DNA of 64,000 nucleotides from Squalus acanthias (Eukaryota), in assembly GCA_030390025.1 (NCBI GenBank), contig CM059438.1, positions 63,552,001 through 63,616,000 of the forward strand. Reading direction: 5' to 3'. Shown piece after piece: positions 63,501 to 64,000 of this stretch; positions within the stretch are counted from its first letter, which is position 1, and each line of letters opens with the position of its first letter. The notes below the pieces were generated by a model. The model did not search any database, was not told where the DNA came from, and saw only the letters and a list, made by a program, of their open reading frames with translations. The position numbers were made by a program, and so were the translations under genes.

Positions 63501-64000
63501 CCACCGTCTCAAGGCCATACGCACTTGCTGACCATCGTTGACCGCACCACACGCTGGCCTGAGGCAATTCCACTGACCTCTACCACCACCGCCGACATCG
63601 CCAGAGCCTTCGTCAGCACCTGGGTCGCACGGTTCGGCGTCCCCTCCGACATGACATCGGACAGAGGTCCGCAATTTACCTCTGAACTCTGGACCGCCAT
63701 TGCACGCAATCTCGGGGTGACCATTCACCGCACCACAGCATACCACCCCCAAGCCAACGGACTGTGTGAGCGGTTCCACAGATCCTTGAAGGCATCTCTT
63801 CGAGCCAGCCTCCAAGACGGCGCCTGGACCGACCGACTCCCGTGGGTCCTCCTCGGCCTGCGCACCGCGGTTAAAGAAGACCTCCACGCATCGGCAGCAG
63901 AGCTCGTGTACGGTCAGCCGCTGCGCGTACCCGGCGAGTTCCTGCCCACCGCCACGACACCCTGGTCAGCCGACCAGCAACGCCACGACTTCGCCTCACC
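60596..64000 (+). pseudogene. Gypsy gag-pol with few lesions
   Basis: VKLPEF then stops at ~60638; CYYH..C..PC; DTGA protease; YLDD; DAS RNase H; stop at 63258-63260; HHCC and D-D-E integrase downstream. Confidence 0.92.

Larger units (their letters stand above)
60316..64000 (+). mobile_element. Ty3/Gypsy LTR retrotransposon, runs off the window; 5' LTR 60316-60555
   Basis: TG...CA LTR, PBS, gag, domain order PR-RT-RH-IN. Confidence 0.96.

Overview
Eukaryotic DNA dense in transposable elements, most likely from a cartilaginous fish (shark), inferred from HE1-like and Deu-domain SINEs and CR1 tails. I can support no host exon, so this is probably intronic or intergenic. The dominant feature is a cluster of PIF/Harbinger DNA transposons. 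There are six long copies from four families (called A-D here), each organised as a HARBI1-type DDE transposase convergent with a 3-exon Myb/SANT-like gene, plus three or four Harbinger-type MITEs. Two copies (B1 7877-12786 and C 22328-26948) have both genes uninterrupted once spliced. These elements are nested inside SINEs, CR1 LINEs and each other. Also present: many CR1 and L2 fragments, Penelope-like short inserts with minimal hammerhead-ribozyme motifs (two are long fold-backs with 12-14 bp TSDs), three solo LTRs, a decayed Gypsy gag, a Gypsy element with a tRNA-Trp PBS running off the right end, and tandem repeats. Best leads: central-base mismatches in Harbinger TSDs, Harbingers inserted in the intergenic spacer of other Harbingers, ribozyme-bearing palindromes, and a U_UUA_AAC slippery site at a CR1 ORF1/ORF2 junction. 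Family names rest on motif recognition; no database search was run.
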